Of a stretch of 64,000 nt of DNA, positions 18,305 through 30,755 are shown piece by piece. The stretch's first letter is position 1. Each line of letters starts with the position of its first letter. Made by a program: the position numbers and the translations under genes. The notes under the pieces were generated by a model. That model was not told where the DNA came from. It worked only from the letters and a program-made list of their open reading frames with translations, and did not search any database. Origin of the DNA: Camelus dromedarius (taxonomy: Eukaryota); contig NC_087436.1 of NCBI RefSeq assembly GCF_036321535.1, forward strand, positions 9,734,001 to 9,798,000. Reading direction: 5' to 3'.

Positions 18305-18430
18305 AAACCCGTCCCTTTACAGAAGAGGAAAATGAAATATAAAGAAATTAAGACTTCTAGAATTTCTCAGTTAGATTTTATTAAAACAAGAATCTAGGTC
18401 TCTAACCTCCAGGCCAGGGCTTTTTACAAT
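18305..18430 (-). mobile_element. MIR fragment
   Basis: 'ccctttacagaagaggaaaatgaaa...agaatctaggtctctaacctccaggccagggcttttt'. Confidence 0.6.
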
Positions 18431-19834
18431 ATGTGACATTGCCCTTTGTCCCGATGGTACATTTAATTTGTCACACTCAGTAGCAACTAATAGTCAGTGT
18501 TGGATTACTTACTATTATTTTATGTTTATGATTATTGTCTCTTGTTGGGTAATTTTAATAACCTTTTCTTTTTTTGCAAGTCTTTCTTTTTGAGTTGAGT
18601 AAACAATGTTAAAACTAAGATCAAATTAAGTTCAGGAGTGAGTAATAATTGTTTTTGTGTCTTCCCTCAAATTGTAATGTGAGAAAATGTTGCTAGATCA
18701 AATGAAATATTTGGGGAGGAACTGTAATCCTCCCTGTGCTGATGTTTCCTTACAGAGGGAGCACCATTAGTGTAACACCCCAGCCTCTTTCCCCGGTGCT
18801 TTTCACCGCAAAGCTCGTACCTCCCCAAAGGAAGACAAGGGAGTGTCCCACTCAGGACAGGAGTTCTGTTTTTACAACCTCATGGAGATACCATTTACAC
18901 TGTAGCCTATTTGATAAACTGTTCAGTGAATTATAAAATTATAAGTGAATCTGGCCCATCTCTGAGGGGTCTAGTTGTCTGCAGAGAGGTTACTTTTTTC
19001 CTTTGCTCTCAGCTATTGTGTTAAACCCAACAGGGGAGATAGTCCTGTAGTTTGAGGCTGTACATTTAATTGTAGGGAGCAACATTAGCAAAACCACTTG
19101 TCTGCAAATCTAGGCTATATTCTCCCCACAGCTTCCTCAGAAATGAAGCTGATATTTTTTAACTTCTACATCATTTGATTCCAAATTCAGGTGCCAGGAG
19201 TAGGGGGTTTATTTACTGAGCCCCCTTAATTTGTCAAGAACAGTTGCCACTTTTTGTAGATTGCTTCAAAAACCTCTTAAGAAGACAGCAGCTATGTCTT
19301 AGCTATTGACTTTCTGAATGTCCCAGAAGGTAAATATGGGGGCCCATGGATTGTGGAAAGATAAATGGAATGTTAATTGTCTTCTATGGCATTTTCTAGT
19401 ACAGCAAACAGCAATAAACTTAACTTTTATATTTCTAGTTATTTCTAGCATTACAAAGACCATCGTACAAAACAATATAGTGATTTATTTTATCCAATCT
19501 TTATTAACATTCTGGCAGAACTGGAAGCTACAGGTTTTCATATGCAGGCTTTTTAGTCAAACAGTTGTAAGAAACACTTTGTCTACCTGGGATATTGTTG
19601 AACTAATGTGACACAGTTCATCAAGTTTTGCCAAGTCTGTCTCTTGCTACTACAGTGCATTGGAAAATCACTGGATTAACTAATTAGTAGGCATAATTAG
19701 TTAGAAACACTCAACAATAAATCAGTTGTTTACTTTTAGTAGGAATAGAATGGGTATGATACACCTCCCAAGAGAAAATGAAAAGTGGGCTATAATGATA
19801 GACAATTAATTAAAGTAACATTACCAGGACATTA

Positions 19835-20120
19835 GTTGCCTTCTCAGGGAGGCCTTCCCTGATCACTCTTTCTAAACTTTCAACCTGATACCCTGACACT
19901 TGATATGCCCCTTCTCTGTTTTGTTTTGTTTTTTTTTTCCCACTTGGTACTTATCACTGATTAAAATACTGTGCATTTTGTTTATTTTCTTTCCCTCAAA
20001 ATATACACTCCATGAAGACAGATATCTTTTGCTCACTACTGTGTCTCCAGATTCTAGAACAGTGCCTGACACATGAGTCTGTCAATAAATATTTGTCAAG
20101 TGAATGAACAGATGCATGAA
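19835..20120 (+). mobile_element. L2a 3' end
   Basis: 'ttctcagggaggccttccctgatcac...ctagaacagtgcctgacacatgagt...caataaatatttgtcaagtgaatgaa'. Confidence 0.85.
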
Positions 20121-20556
20121 GAAGAAATTTCCAAAGAATTCCTTTAATTTTCTCTTCCTTGCAGTGAGGAAAATTTCTGCAGGGAGGAAAATTGCTTCTG
20201 CCTGCCCCAGCCTTGTCCCTGCAGGGTCCCTTAACTTGTCTCCATCTCTCTTCTCTGCATATTTTCCAATAAAAACAACACAGATGCTTAGAGGTGCATG
20301 GTATTTCATACCTCAAAACACAGATTTGTTGTTCTTCTGTCACTTAGGAGCTGCTCCATCTGAGCCTGTTATCTGACTCATGAAGTGGGAATATAGGTAC
20401 AACACACATTTGCAAAGATGTAGAAAAGATTAAATTAGCATTGGAAAGCGCTTTGTAAACCTCAGAAATCTACATAAATATTTACAATTACATTCTTATT
20501 ACAACAAGAGCTTTTTCTTCTCCTTTTCTGCCAACTAGTATTTATCTTTCAGTCCC

Positions 20557-20848
20557 ATATATATATATATATAATATATATAAATTTATATATATAATTT
20601 ATTTATAGATTTATATGTAATTTATATATTTTATATTATATATACCTATATTATATATTATGTATTATTATATAATATATGTTATATATTATAATATATA
20701 ATTCATATATAATAATATTTTATATATAATTGTGTAATTCATATATATAATTTATATATATAATTATATTTATTTGTATATAATTATATAATTTGCATAT
20801 AATTTCTTATATGTAATTTATTTATATATATATAAATTATAAATAAAA
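20557..20848. repeat. AT-rich (TA)n-derived low-complexity array
   Basis: About 290 bp almost entirely A/T. Confidence 0.95.
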
Positions 20849-21437
20849 CTATTCCTTGAAGTCTTTCTTCTGGAATGAATAGACTGGCAGTCCAGTGGCA
20901 TCTATACTGCTGGTGATAGAGGCAGGTGCCAAGGCATTTTCCATCATTTGTGTGACTGCTGCCACTTACAGACCTCCAGCAACTAGACGTAACCCAATGA
21001 GCCAATAGAAAAGATAATAACTCATTTAAGGGCCCAACAGCCAGAGAGCAAAATATCAGACAAAGCAAACAAAGTACATGTGTGGTAAATAATCTCAAAA
21101 GTGGAGTAGATAATTTAATTAGAAGGGTAATTTAATTAGAAAGATCTTTCCTCATTTGCTGTGGACTCTGAAATTATGAAATGAGATATTGATTTCTTTG
21201 TTCTACAACATTTCTCTTCAGAAGGCTTCTATGAGAGAGCAAATGCCACCTGGGAGAAACACATGCAAACCAGAATCAATCTTCACTATCTTGGCATAAA
21301 TTAGGTTTTAGATAACTGGCTCTCTCATTGCAAGGCAGAGAACAGGAACCCAGTGGAATAGGTCACATATTAAGTAAGTTGTAATGCTAAGGTGATGAAA
21401 GTCCCAGAATAATTCTTAAGAGTATGTTAATCTTCGA

Positions 21438-21652
21438 TAAGATTCAGCAAATTTTTCTAAAGAGTCAGGCAGTGAATATTTTGGACTTTGCAAGCCATTC
21501 GCTATTAGAACTACTCATCTCTGACACTGAGGTCAAAAGCAGCCATAGACAGTAACTCCAGAGCTGGGTGTGGCTGTGTTCCAGTAAAGTTTTATTTGCA
21601 AAAACAGGCAGTGGACTGAATTGGCTGATGGGTTGTCGTTTACCTACTCCTG
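21438..21652. mobile_element. MER58A-like hAT-Charlie MITE
   Basis: 'gcagccatagacagt...gggtgtggctgtgttccagtaaagtttatttgcaaaaacaggcagtggactgaattggc'. Confidence 0.85.
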
Positions 21653-21653
21653 G

Positions 21654-22254
21654 TGTTACTGAGTCCAAACTTATTCTGCTCACCACTTGACAGGCCAATA
21701 AATCAGGAGATGAGGTGTCGGAGCAAGGAATTTATTTGGAAAGCCAGCAGACCAAGAAGATGGGGGACTCATGTCCTAGAGAATCATCTTCGCCAAGTCA
21801 GAATTCAGGTTCCTTTTATACTAAAAAGAGGAAGGGTTATGGTTGGTTGTTGCAAACTTCTTAGTGTGAGAATCTTTTGTTTTTGCAGCTGTCCACCTAG
21901 GTCAGGTCAGGATGTTCCTGTAAATCTTCAGCAAGACATACATTATTCTCTGTTCAGCCATTAAATTTTATTTTTATTGAAGTATAGTCAATTACAATGT
22001 GTCAGTTTCTGGTGTACAGTATAATGTCCCAGTCATGCTGTTTTACAACTTTTAATCTTTCTAACAATGGGAAAGTGTTATATCCTTAAAGATCAGAGCT
22101 TTGAGAATGGGTTCTCCTGTATATTTCAGGCTCTAGGCAACATTCTTTTACAAAAGATGCAGAACCAGCATGACTAAGCACTGGAAACAGAGCACAGGAT
22201 TAGAGCTAAAGGAACAGATCCAATATGGAGTCAGATTTGTTCTTCCCTATTACA
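21654..22254 (-). mobile_element. ERV1-type solo LTR with nested short L1 3' end (about 21961-22037, minus)
   Basis: tgtta...ttaca termini, flanks ctgg/atgg, reverse-strand AATAAA and TATAAAA; nested 'ttttattgaagtatagtcaattacaatgtgtcagtttctggtgtacag'. Confidence 0.85.
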
Positions 22255-22447
22255 ATGGCCTAAAGGGAAAATGGGAAAATACAGAACATGACTATTTCCT
22301 AAGGGTTCTTAATGTTTCCCAGGGCTATTTCTGTCATCACACTTTGTGTGGAATATTGAATCTTACTTGATCCAAACAGAATTCAGTTTAGCAAAGATCA
22401 CACTCAATTTTTCCCCTTCCTCTGGACAGGACACACTCACTAAGAAC

Positions 22448-22695
22448 AGTAGAGAGTAGTGACTAAGAGTGTGGGATCTGAAGCCAGACTTCCAGCATCT
22501 GAATCCTAGTCTGTCATTTACCACATGTGTGGCTTTGGACTTGTAACTTAACCTCCATTTTCTCATCTGTAAAGTTGGAGGTCAAGATGGAGCCTACTTG
22601 ACAGGGTTTTCATGAAGGGTACGTCAGAGATGGGGGAAGCTCTCAGCGTAATGTCTGAAATATATTCATCACTATCTGAAGATTAGGTGTTGTTT
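22448..22695 (+). mobile_element. MIR SINE
   Basis: 'taagagtgtgggatctgaagccagac...ttttctcatctgtaaagttggagg...cctacttgacaggg'. Confidence 0.85.
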
Positions 22696-23299
22696 TCACT
22701 CCTTCTGGGTCCAGAAAGAAGAATATTTTGTCTCTACCTATTCGTGAATTTCAAATATATGTAGATAAATAAATTGTCCTGTTAGCTGATGACACATTCT
22801 CACTGTATTGTTCAGATGACAGCTCCTTGTGGGGAAAAGAATTCTGAGAAACACTGGCAGGAACAGGGCCCCTCTCTCTCCAGCTCTAACCCAGTTGCCT
22901 CTCCCGGGCTGCTTGCTGGTGACCACAGCAAGCTGGGTGTGGTGTGTGTGCAGGTTTGGATTCTGGGGGAAGGTTCACGAGACAAGTGAGTGGAACTTTT
23001 TCACCCCTGGGCGGTGGGTGAAAGGCCCCTGGGTTGCCTTTTCAGACCAGGACCAGGAGCCCCTGGGGTAGAAACAGCAGAAAGTGATGGCTCCTGAGAA
23101 AAGCTGGGTCTGCCGGATCCAGGGTCCCTCAGGACGTGAGTGTGACTGGTATTGTTATTGCCAGAAGGAAATGAAAGAGCCAAATAGATCAGCTGAGTCA
23201 TCCTCACCCCTGAGCTGGGGGGCCAGGATGGAAGCAGACGTCCTCCGGTTGCAAGCCTTCTACTTTGTCGGCCCATCTTCTGCTGTTTAATGTGACTGC

Positions 23300-25730
23300 T
23301 GCCCCTTAGGATCCTCCATCAGCCAGATGTGACCCCAAGAGCCAAGGTGAAAACAGAGTAGGCTTATTGTATAAGGGGTCCCAGAAGCTACTGAGAGCAT
23401 TACCAAATATAAAATACATGCCAAGGAAACTAGAGTTGCTGTAGATACAATAACTTGAAAGGAAAAAAAAAAAAAAAGTGAGAACACTGAAGGAGACAGC
23501 ACAGAAGAGCCATTCTAGAAATTTAAAATAAAGCATAATTTTCAAGCCAAGTCATTTAGTAGACAATTTGAAGATTAAGGTCACTCTTGAGATCCAAATA
23601 AGTGATTTAGAAGATTAAATTTCAAGTCTTCCTTCGAAGAATTTTGTAAATGTGTACAGAGAGAAACCACGGTGGAAAAGGTAAACTATAAGGATGTTAG
23701 ATCCAGGAAACATAACGTGAATGATAACTGTTCCAGAGGCAAAAGGAAGTATATGGAGGAGGGAAAAAAATAAACTTTTTTTTTTCTTGAGATGAAGAAA
23801 GATCACAGATTGTAAGTTCTCACCCCAATTCCTCTCTGAATTGGTAGGAAAAGACTACTTCTGTATAGATAGCTAAATGCTTGAATACTAAGATGTAGAA
23901 AGAATTGCAAGCTTCAGACTCAAAGCAAAAGTTATCTATGAAGGGAAATAATCTGATTTTCTCATCTCCAACACTGGACACTAGAAGGTAGCAAAATAGC
24001 ATTTATCAATTTCTGAAAGATTAGAACTAAGAGACACCTATTCACCAGAAATATACGTTAGGGCAAAAATGTATGTATATGTATTTAAGGATATGCAATA
24101 TATATGTATTTAAGGATATGCAACTTATGTAATAAAATACAAATGGATAAAGGGGTTTGGGGGATATTAAAAATAAGTGCAAACTAGTCCTTTTAAAACA
24201 GGAGAGACATTCTCTAAGGGTAAGTAAAGGATTAGTAGAGCATTTGCGGAAAGTCCAACGGTGCATTTTCATAGATAGAAAGCATTATCTTGTTGCCAAA
24301 TAATAGCAGTTAAATATACTTCTAATTGTAATAATAAGAAAAAGAATTGTAATACTGTATGAAATTGAACCATATAATTGTGTCCAAATTAATAAGGAAA
24401 GAAAATGAAATAAATAGGAACTTGGCCATGTTTGAAAAAAGAAAACAAAATATAAAATTAAAATTCAGCACAAGTAAGTTGGAATAAAAACAAGTTTTTT
24501 AGTCATTACAGTAAAGGCTGTGAGATTGAACAACAGTATGCTGTTTAAAAGGACCACTAAAACTGAGACCCAGCCGCATGCTGTTTTCAAGAAATTCTAA
24601 AGACAAAGTGTTAGAGGGAGGTTAAAATAACGTGATGGTCTGATTCTTTTGAACTGTCATGCAAATTACCACAAAAATAGGAACCCGGGGGTGTGAATAT
24701 TAATCCCAGATCAGGTACAATTTAAGTCTGAAAACTTTTAAAAGGAAAAAAAAGAATCTTTTAGCCACAGTATGCACAATGTACAAACTTTCCATAATCG
24801 TAACTATGTGCACTGAAATTTGCTTGTTAAATACATAATGCAAAATTATTAAAAATACAGAGAGAACCTGATAAAAATACAACACAGAGAGTCCTGTTCT
24901 GATGCTGTAAAAAAACTAAGGATAGACAAAGGCAAACAGATCGATTCCATCAATAGACTTGATCTAATAGACATAAAGATAAGATGCATTTTGTCCACTT
25001 GTGTATTCAAATGTACGCAACATATTGTATATCTGACAACAAAGAACCCTTAACAAAATAAAAACATAGATATGTATCAGGGCATAGTCTCAGTTTATGA
25101 TCCAGATGGATTAGGAATAAATAATCTAAAAATTACGTTTTAACTACTAGGCACTTAAAAAATGTAATCCTAAAATAATCCTTTAACCAGAAAATTGAAA
25201 AAGGTAATTCACAAATCTTAGATACAAATGAAAAGGAAAATACCACTATTGAGAAACAACAGAAGAAGCTGTACCTGGTAAAACACGGACAGCTTCCAAT
25301 GTCTTTGATAATGAGGACAAGAGAGGAAAAAAGTGTTTACCTTATTGTATTACCCAGTAAATTAGAAAAAAAATGAACCAAAATTTAAGACGTAAGTAAT
25401 TATGACTGTCTGTTAAGCTGAATTTAATTGAGTTATACTTTAATTAATTTAAACAACTAAGTAATTAAAAATAATAAATAAAAAGGCATACGTAGTATAC
25501 AATAGTATTAATTAAAAAAAAAGAGACAGAATAAAATAATACAAGTTTAGGAGTGCAACTGTATGCCACAGATTTTAAATCTAGAGGAAACTGTTGATAT
25601 CCTAATAAATTAATAAAGAAAAGAATTTACCTTCCCACAATAACTGGGAATCCAGAATCCATCCAGTTATAAAAAATATATTGAAATGGTGACAAGAACC
25701 AGGTGATTAAGCTTGAACTACCCTTTAAAG
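23300..25730 (+). mobile_element. Ancient degraded L1 (ORF1 to ORF2 endonuclease region)
   Basis: A-rich with L1 phrases 'ataagtgatttagaagat', 'gatccaggaaacataac', 'gacccagccgcatgctgttttcaagaaa', 'gacttgatctaatagacat'. Confidence 0.65.
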
Positions 25731-25754
25731 AATGGATGAGATCGCTCCAGAGGG

Positions 25755-26238
25755 TGATGTGATGGCAGCATGAGACACCTCTCGTCTTTGTCCCTGCCCT
25801 CAACAACAGAAATCTGGCAACCACCCATGGACGAAGTGCCTGTGTGGGACCTGTGAGAAACAGCACTGTACCCCCACAGACCTGGGTGGAGGCTCTCCCA
25901 CCCGTGCATCCTGCAGTAGGCAGACAGAGCTCAGTCCCGGCTGTGGGCCCTGCAGGGCCTTTGAACCGGTTCCAGTCTCTCTTGGTCATGGTTCTCGAGC
26001 CTCTGGAAAACATTGTCTTAAACGTGCACCCACAGACAAGAGATTAATTCCTAGAAAGGTACAACCTACCAAGACTGAACCATGATGAAACAGAACATCT
26101 GAACAGACTGAAAACAAGGAAGGAGATCAAACTGGAAAACAAAAATCTCCCAACAAAGAAAAGTCTAGGACCAGACAGTTTCCCTGGTGAATTCTACCAA
26201 ACATTTAAAGACGTATAAATACCAATCCTTCTCAAACT
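25755..26238 (+). mobile_element. L1 5'UTR-like segment joined to L1 ORF2 fragment
   Basis: GC-richer 5'-end-like sequence to about 26040, then clear ORF2 'ttcctagaaaggtacaacctaccaagactgaaccat...ggtgaattctaccaaacatttaaag'. Confidence 0.7.
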
Positions 26239-26664
26239 TGCTTAATTCTTTCTGAAATTACATTTTTAAATGTAATGGAAGAGTAAATGTAATTATATGT
26301 AATTTTAATCGTAATTCTAAATTATAAGTTTAATTTAAATTTAATTTAAATTGTAAATTGGAATTTTAAATGTAATTTAAAGAAAAGTACACACTGTCTT
26401 TATATTAAGTACATAAAAATAGGCTTACTTCCAACAACAAACAATATTTTTGTTTCCGTTTTGTCTCAGGAACATTTACACCCCCACCCCCCAACACATA
26501 CACAAACACACACTTCTATTCTATAAGAAAAAGGAGTGCAAAACTAATAGAAATGGGAAACTGATACTCGGACACCTCAGCATGGTGAACTGTCACAAAT
26601 TGGAAGTCCAAGCTCCACTCGAAGAGTGGACCCTCTGCTCTAACCCAAGAGGCTATCTTCCTAC

Positions 26665-26810
26665 AGGATGTTAGCCGAGTATCCTCAAGACTAATTTTTT
26701 TAAGAGAAGGCAGAAATCCAGATTTGTATATACAAAAGTCCGATTTAAAATTTAAATAAGTCAATCAAATACCACTGTGGGCTGAACCCTGTACATGGCC
26801 CAACATTTCC
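26665..26810. mobile_element. hAT-Charlie MITE fragment (MER103-like)
   Basis: 'ttttttaagagaaggcagaaatccagatttgtatatacaaaagtccgattt'. Confidence 0.5.
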
Positions 26811-27907
26811 ACTTTTGATTTAGGCATTGATACTATTGAAGTACAACTTGGAAATATGCAGAAATTCACCAGGGTTTACCACAGCTAGTGATATTACCTT
26901 TTGGAAGTCCCCAAGTATGTTGACACTGCATATGCATAATCTTGAGTAGTAGCTTACACCTAAGTAAGTGAATTGCCACACAAAGAATATTTCTCTGATT
27001 TGGATCGTTGGTTTAAAATGGAGACCCACTCTGCGTTAAGAGTCTCTCAAGAGTTACATGGAGACCAGAACTAGATTCATGGAAGCATGTGCATGCTCTC
27101 TCTCTCCACCCGTCCCCTACCTCCCTTCCTCTTCATAGTATCATTGCTCTGGAAACCTGGAAGTCTGCCCTACTTCTGTGCACCGTCTTCCAGTGCCTGC
27201 TTACAGGATGTTTCCTTATAACTTAGGCCAGACACAGGCCAGATATTTTGAGATAATGGTCAGCTTTCATCCCTGTTTCTAAATGATCCACTTCCTTGGA
27301 TTTCTTTAGTTCAAATTATCTCAAGAGGTAATTTGATATGTTCAGATTGCCTGTCTTTGTTGTGCCATATAACATATTTCTTAGGCTAATCCATAAGCAA
27401 GTTGTCATTGGATCATATAAACACTTTGGTCCAGTCACCTGGTGGGTAGGACGAAGGAAGACATCAAACGTGTGCCTAAAGCATAAATTTTAGGAGGGGT
27501 AAATTTTATTTTCCAAAAGTGTTATTTGGGCACATGTGCCAATACAAAATATTTACCCAGATTTATAAGAGGCCACTATTATTAGGAATTTAAAAGTTTT
27601 GATGGACTTGGGAAGAGGCAATTTTTGTATATTTGAGTCTGAATTATTAGCTGACATCTTTCTAAGAGTCCAATCTTCTTGCAAGAGACTCAGAATGATA
27701 CATTCCTTAAGTGAGAGCGCAGAGGATTCTGTAACTGCTATCTCTAAAGGATGACGATAGCAGAATCCAGAAAACTAGAGGATTTGGGTTAATAAAGAAC
27801 TCAGCAACATCCAAAAGCCTGTCTCAAGGCTGTACTTGGAATTATGAGGTCTCTCAGCATGTGCTAGTCTTTGAAATGCATTCTGAAGGAGCACTTCCAA
27901 ATAACAC

Positions 27908-28295
27908 AGGTTAGCTTCTCAGGGTTGCCATAACCAAGTACCGCAAGCTAGGGGAACTTGAATTTACAGAAAGGCATCTTTTTGTTTTACAGTCTGGAGA
28001 CTAGAAGTCCACCCAGAAAGCTCCCTCTAAAGCCTCCAGTGGAGGGTCTTCCTTCTCCCCTTTCAGCTCCTTGCAGCCCCGGGCGTTCCTTAGCTTCGTG
28101 GTAGTGCAACTCCAGCAACTAATGTGTCTGCCCGTGGCAGTCTACTCTCTGTGTCTCTTCCCTGATCACCAACCCTAATGGCCCCATCTGAACTTGGCTA
28201 CATCTGCAAAGACTCTAGCTCCAAATAAGGTCACATTCACAAGAACCAGGAGTTAGGATTTCAATGTATCTCTTAGAGGGACACGATCCATAAGA
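27908..28295 (-). mobile_element. MaLR LTR (MLT1)
   Basis: 'gggttgccataaccaagtaccgcaagct...tctggagactagaagtcc...catctgcaaagactct...ccaaataaggtcacattcac'. Confidence 0.85.
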
Positions 28296-28372
28296 TAAGC
28301 AACAGACTTAGACCGTTTTCAAGCTGTTGTGTTGGGTTTTGAAGATACTAATTAACACTGCTTTCCATAAAG

Positions 28373-28549
28373 CAATGGCATGCAACCTGAGCTGAGGATT
28401 CAGACCACCTGGGAGCTTTTAAATATCCCAGTCCTCAAGCCTGCACCACAGAACAATTAAATCAGCATCTCCAGAGATGATCCAGGCAGCCATCAGTATA
28501 TTTGAAAGCTCTAAGTGAGGCCAATATGTGTCTAAGTTTGAAATTACTG
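28373..28549. mobile_element. MER5A-like hAT MITE
   Basis: 'cagaccacctgggagcttttaaa...caattaaatcagcatctcc...aagtttgaaattactg'. Confidence 0.75.
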
Positions 28550-29369
28550 TAGTAGACTTAGGAGACACGCATAAAAAAGTCCACTTTGTTATAGAAGAAC
28601 ATAGTTTCACCCATGAGGTCAAAATACTTTTCTATTTCTTTGCACATGAATTGAACTAACTCCCCAGTCATAGTCAGAACATCTTCACAACAGCAGGCTG
28701 CTCTCTGCAGGTGCAAAGCTTGGCCCAGTTGGCTTCTAGCATCGGGCAGCCAGCAGTCAGGTCTGGGTGGGGGTGAGGGGACCAGGCTAAACCAGCACAC
28801 AGAGACTTCAGTCCCATCAATCAGGTCAATCTCCCACGGAGAGTAGGGAGAGGCAGAAAAAAATAATGGAAAGTTACTGCTACTTCCAAGTATCAGATCC
28901 TCCTTTGTTTTTCTTCTCGAGAGAAATAAACATAATTTCCAGCTATAACTGCAAATGTACAATTCATTGTTTTTATCCCCCTCAAAATCCTACTGACCTA
29001 AAATTTGAGTTTCTGTCCAATTTACAAATTTAACTTCTAATAACATCCCCTTTTTCTAGCCAATGGAATCTTCCTCAGATAAGACTTCTCCACAGCAAGG
29101 AACATGTTCTTTACTTTACATTCTAAATATGACTGTCCATCCAAGGCAGAGGCCCTTATGCAGTCACACATTCAGCCCCTATTTCTCAAGTGCTCTGCTC
29201 TGAGCCAACAGGCATCTTTCTAGCCCTCTTCTTAGATTTTAGAGTCTATTAGAAAAGACAGAAAATGACAAGAAAACAAATAAATATTTTAGGTCATGAT
29301 GGGTGCTTCAGTAAAGCATAAAGCAGAGTCAAGAAGAGATTGGGACAGGGCCCAGGGACGTGTGTGCTA

Positions 29370-29840
29370 AATGCAATCTCTTGGTTCTGTGTCCAGGCAC
29401 CCTCCCTCTCTGTCCCCCATAACACTACTAGGGTTGAAGGAGGAAGAATATTTTTCCCAGACTCCCTTTTAGCCAGCTCACTAGGAGTGGCTTAGGTTTT
29501 GCCGGGGAGATGTTCTTGCATGAGATGTGGAAATTCTGGGAGGTAGAGGTCATTTTCCTGTACTGGTGGCAACCGACTGGCAGCCGTGAGCAGATGTGAA
29601 CAGGTGCTGGGCACCAGAGCCTGCTGTCCAATACTCCTTTGTGGCATGAGGGGACCACAGAAGTAACAGTGCATCAGCCATTTCCTGACCTCTGACCTCT
29701 ACAGAGGTGGGACTCAAAGTCCTGTGGTGACCTCTTGATTTCCTTTCCTTCTAATGATTTTGTAAGCTCCTAATTCTTGGAGTGAATTTCTTCCTGCCTG
29801 AAATACTTACAGTTATTTCTGTTTCCTGCACTGAATCAGG
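29370..29840 (+). mobile_element. Old ERVL LTR (LTR33/LTR16-like)
   Basis: 'ttttcccagactcccttttagccag...atgagatgtggaa...ttcttcctgcctgaaatacttacagttatttctgtttcctgcactgaa'. Confidence 0.5.
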
Positions 29841-30289
29841 GCAGCTTCTTAAAAACTGGTGGCCGAGAAAGTCTCTGAGATGAGTTGACCCTTGAGTGGA
29901 GAAGTATCTGAATGAAATCAGGACCATCCTCATGCAAAGACCAGGGGAAGAGGGCTCTAGGGAGAAGGATAAGCATGGCCAAGATGGGAGTTCAATTTGA
30001 TACATTTGCAAGACAGCATCAAGTCTACTACAGCAAGGAAACAACTGAGTCAGAAGGGGGTTAACACATAATATGGAAAGAGAAACAGAGACAGGCTCGT
30101 TTCTGGCCATATAGGGCATGACAAGATGGTAAGATTTATTCCTAGATGGGAAGTTTGGGGAATGTTGTAGTGACAGAGTGATACAAGTTTTCTCCTGGGT
30201 GGAGAATAGAGTGTAATGGGAGAAACTATAAAAGGAGGAAGACCAGCTTCAAGGCTTTTGTCATGATCCAAGTAAGAAAGAATAATGAC

Positions 30290-30375
30290 GGGGAGGGTAC
30301 AGCTCAGTGGTACAGCATGTGCTTAGCATGCACGAGGTCCTGGGTTCAATCCACAGTGCCTCCATTAAAAAAGTA
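30290..30375 (+). mobile_element. tRNA-Ala-derived SINE (vic-1-type)
   Basis: GGGTACAGCTCAGTGGTACAGCATGTGCTTAGCATGCACGAGGTCCTGGGTTCAATCC plus short A tail. Confidence 0.9.
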
Positions 30376-30643
30376 AAATGATTCAGTTGCAGAGCTGTAT
30401 CCTTTTGTGTAACACATTTTCCCCTTCTGCCAATAAAAAATATTTAAATAAGATTTTATCCTTGATAAGAAAAACTTGCAAATAATCCTGAAAAACACAC
30501 CATACTCCTAAAACTATTCCTGAATGCCCAGCCACCTCCATCCAAGCAGGAGTTACTGCCTGCTGACAGTCTTAACGCTCCTCTGAAAACTTAGTCTGTT
30601 TCATCACTGACACTATCAAGTTAATTAATTAATTAATTAATAA

Positions 30644-30755
30644 GGAGGAGGAGGGTATAGCTCAGTAGTGGAGTGTGTGCTTAGCATGCACAAGGTCCTG
30701 GGTTCAATCCCCAGTACCTCCAGTAAATAAATAAATAAAACCTTAAAAAAATAAT
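30644..30755 (+). mobile_element. tRNA-Ala-derived SINE (vic-1-type)
   Basis: GGGTATAGCTCAGTAGTGGAGTGTGTGCTTAGCATGCACAAGGTCCTGGGTTCAATCCCCAGTACCTCC plus (TAAA)n tail. Confidence 0.9.

Noticed and set aside
18735..18936. Acceptor-like 'tttccttacag' followed by a short ORF
   Set aside because: No convincing donor or coding signature; isolated splice-like sites are common.
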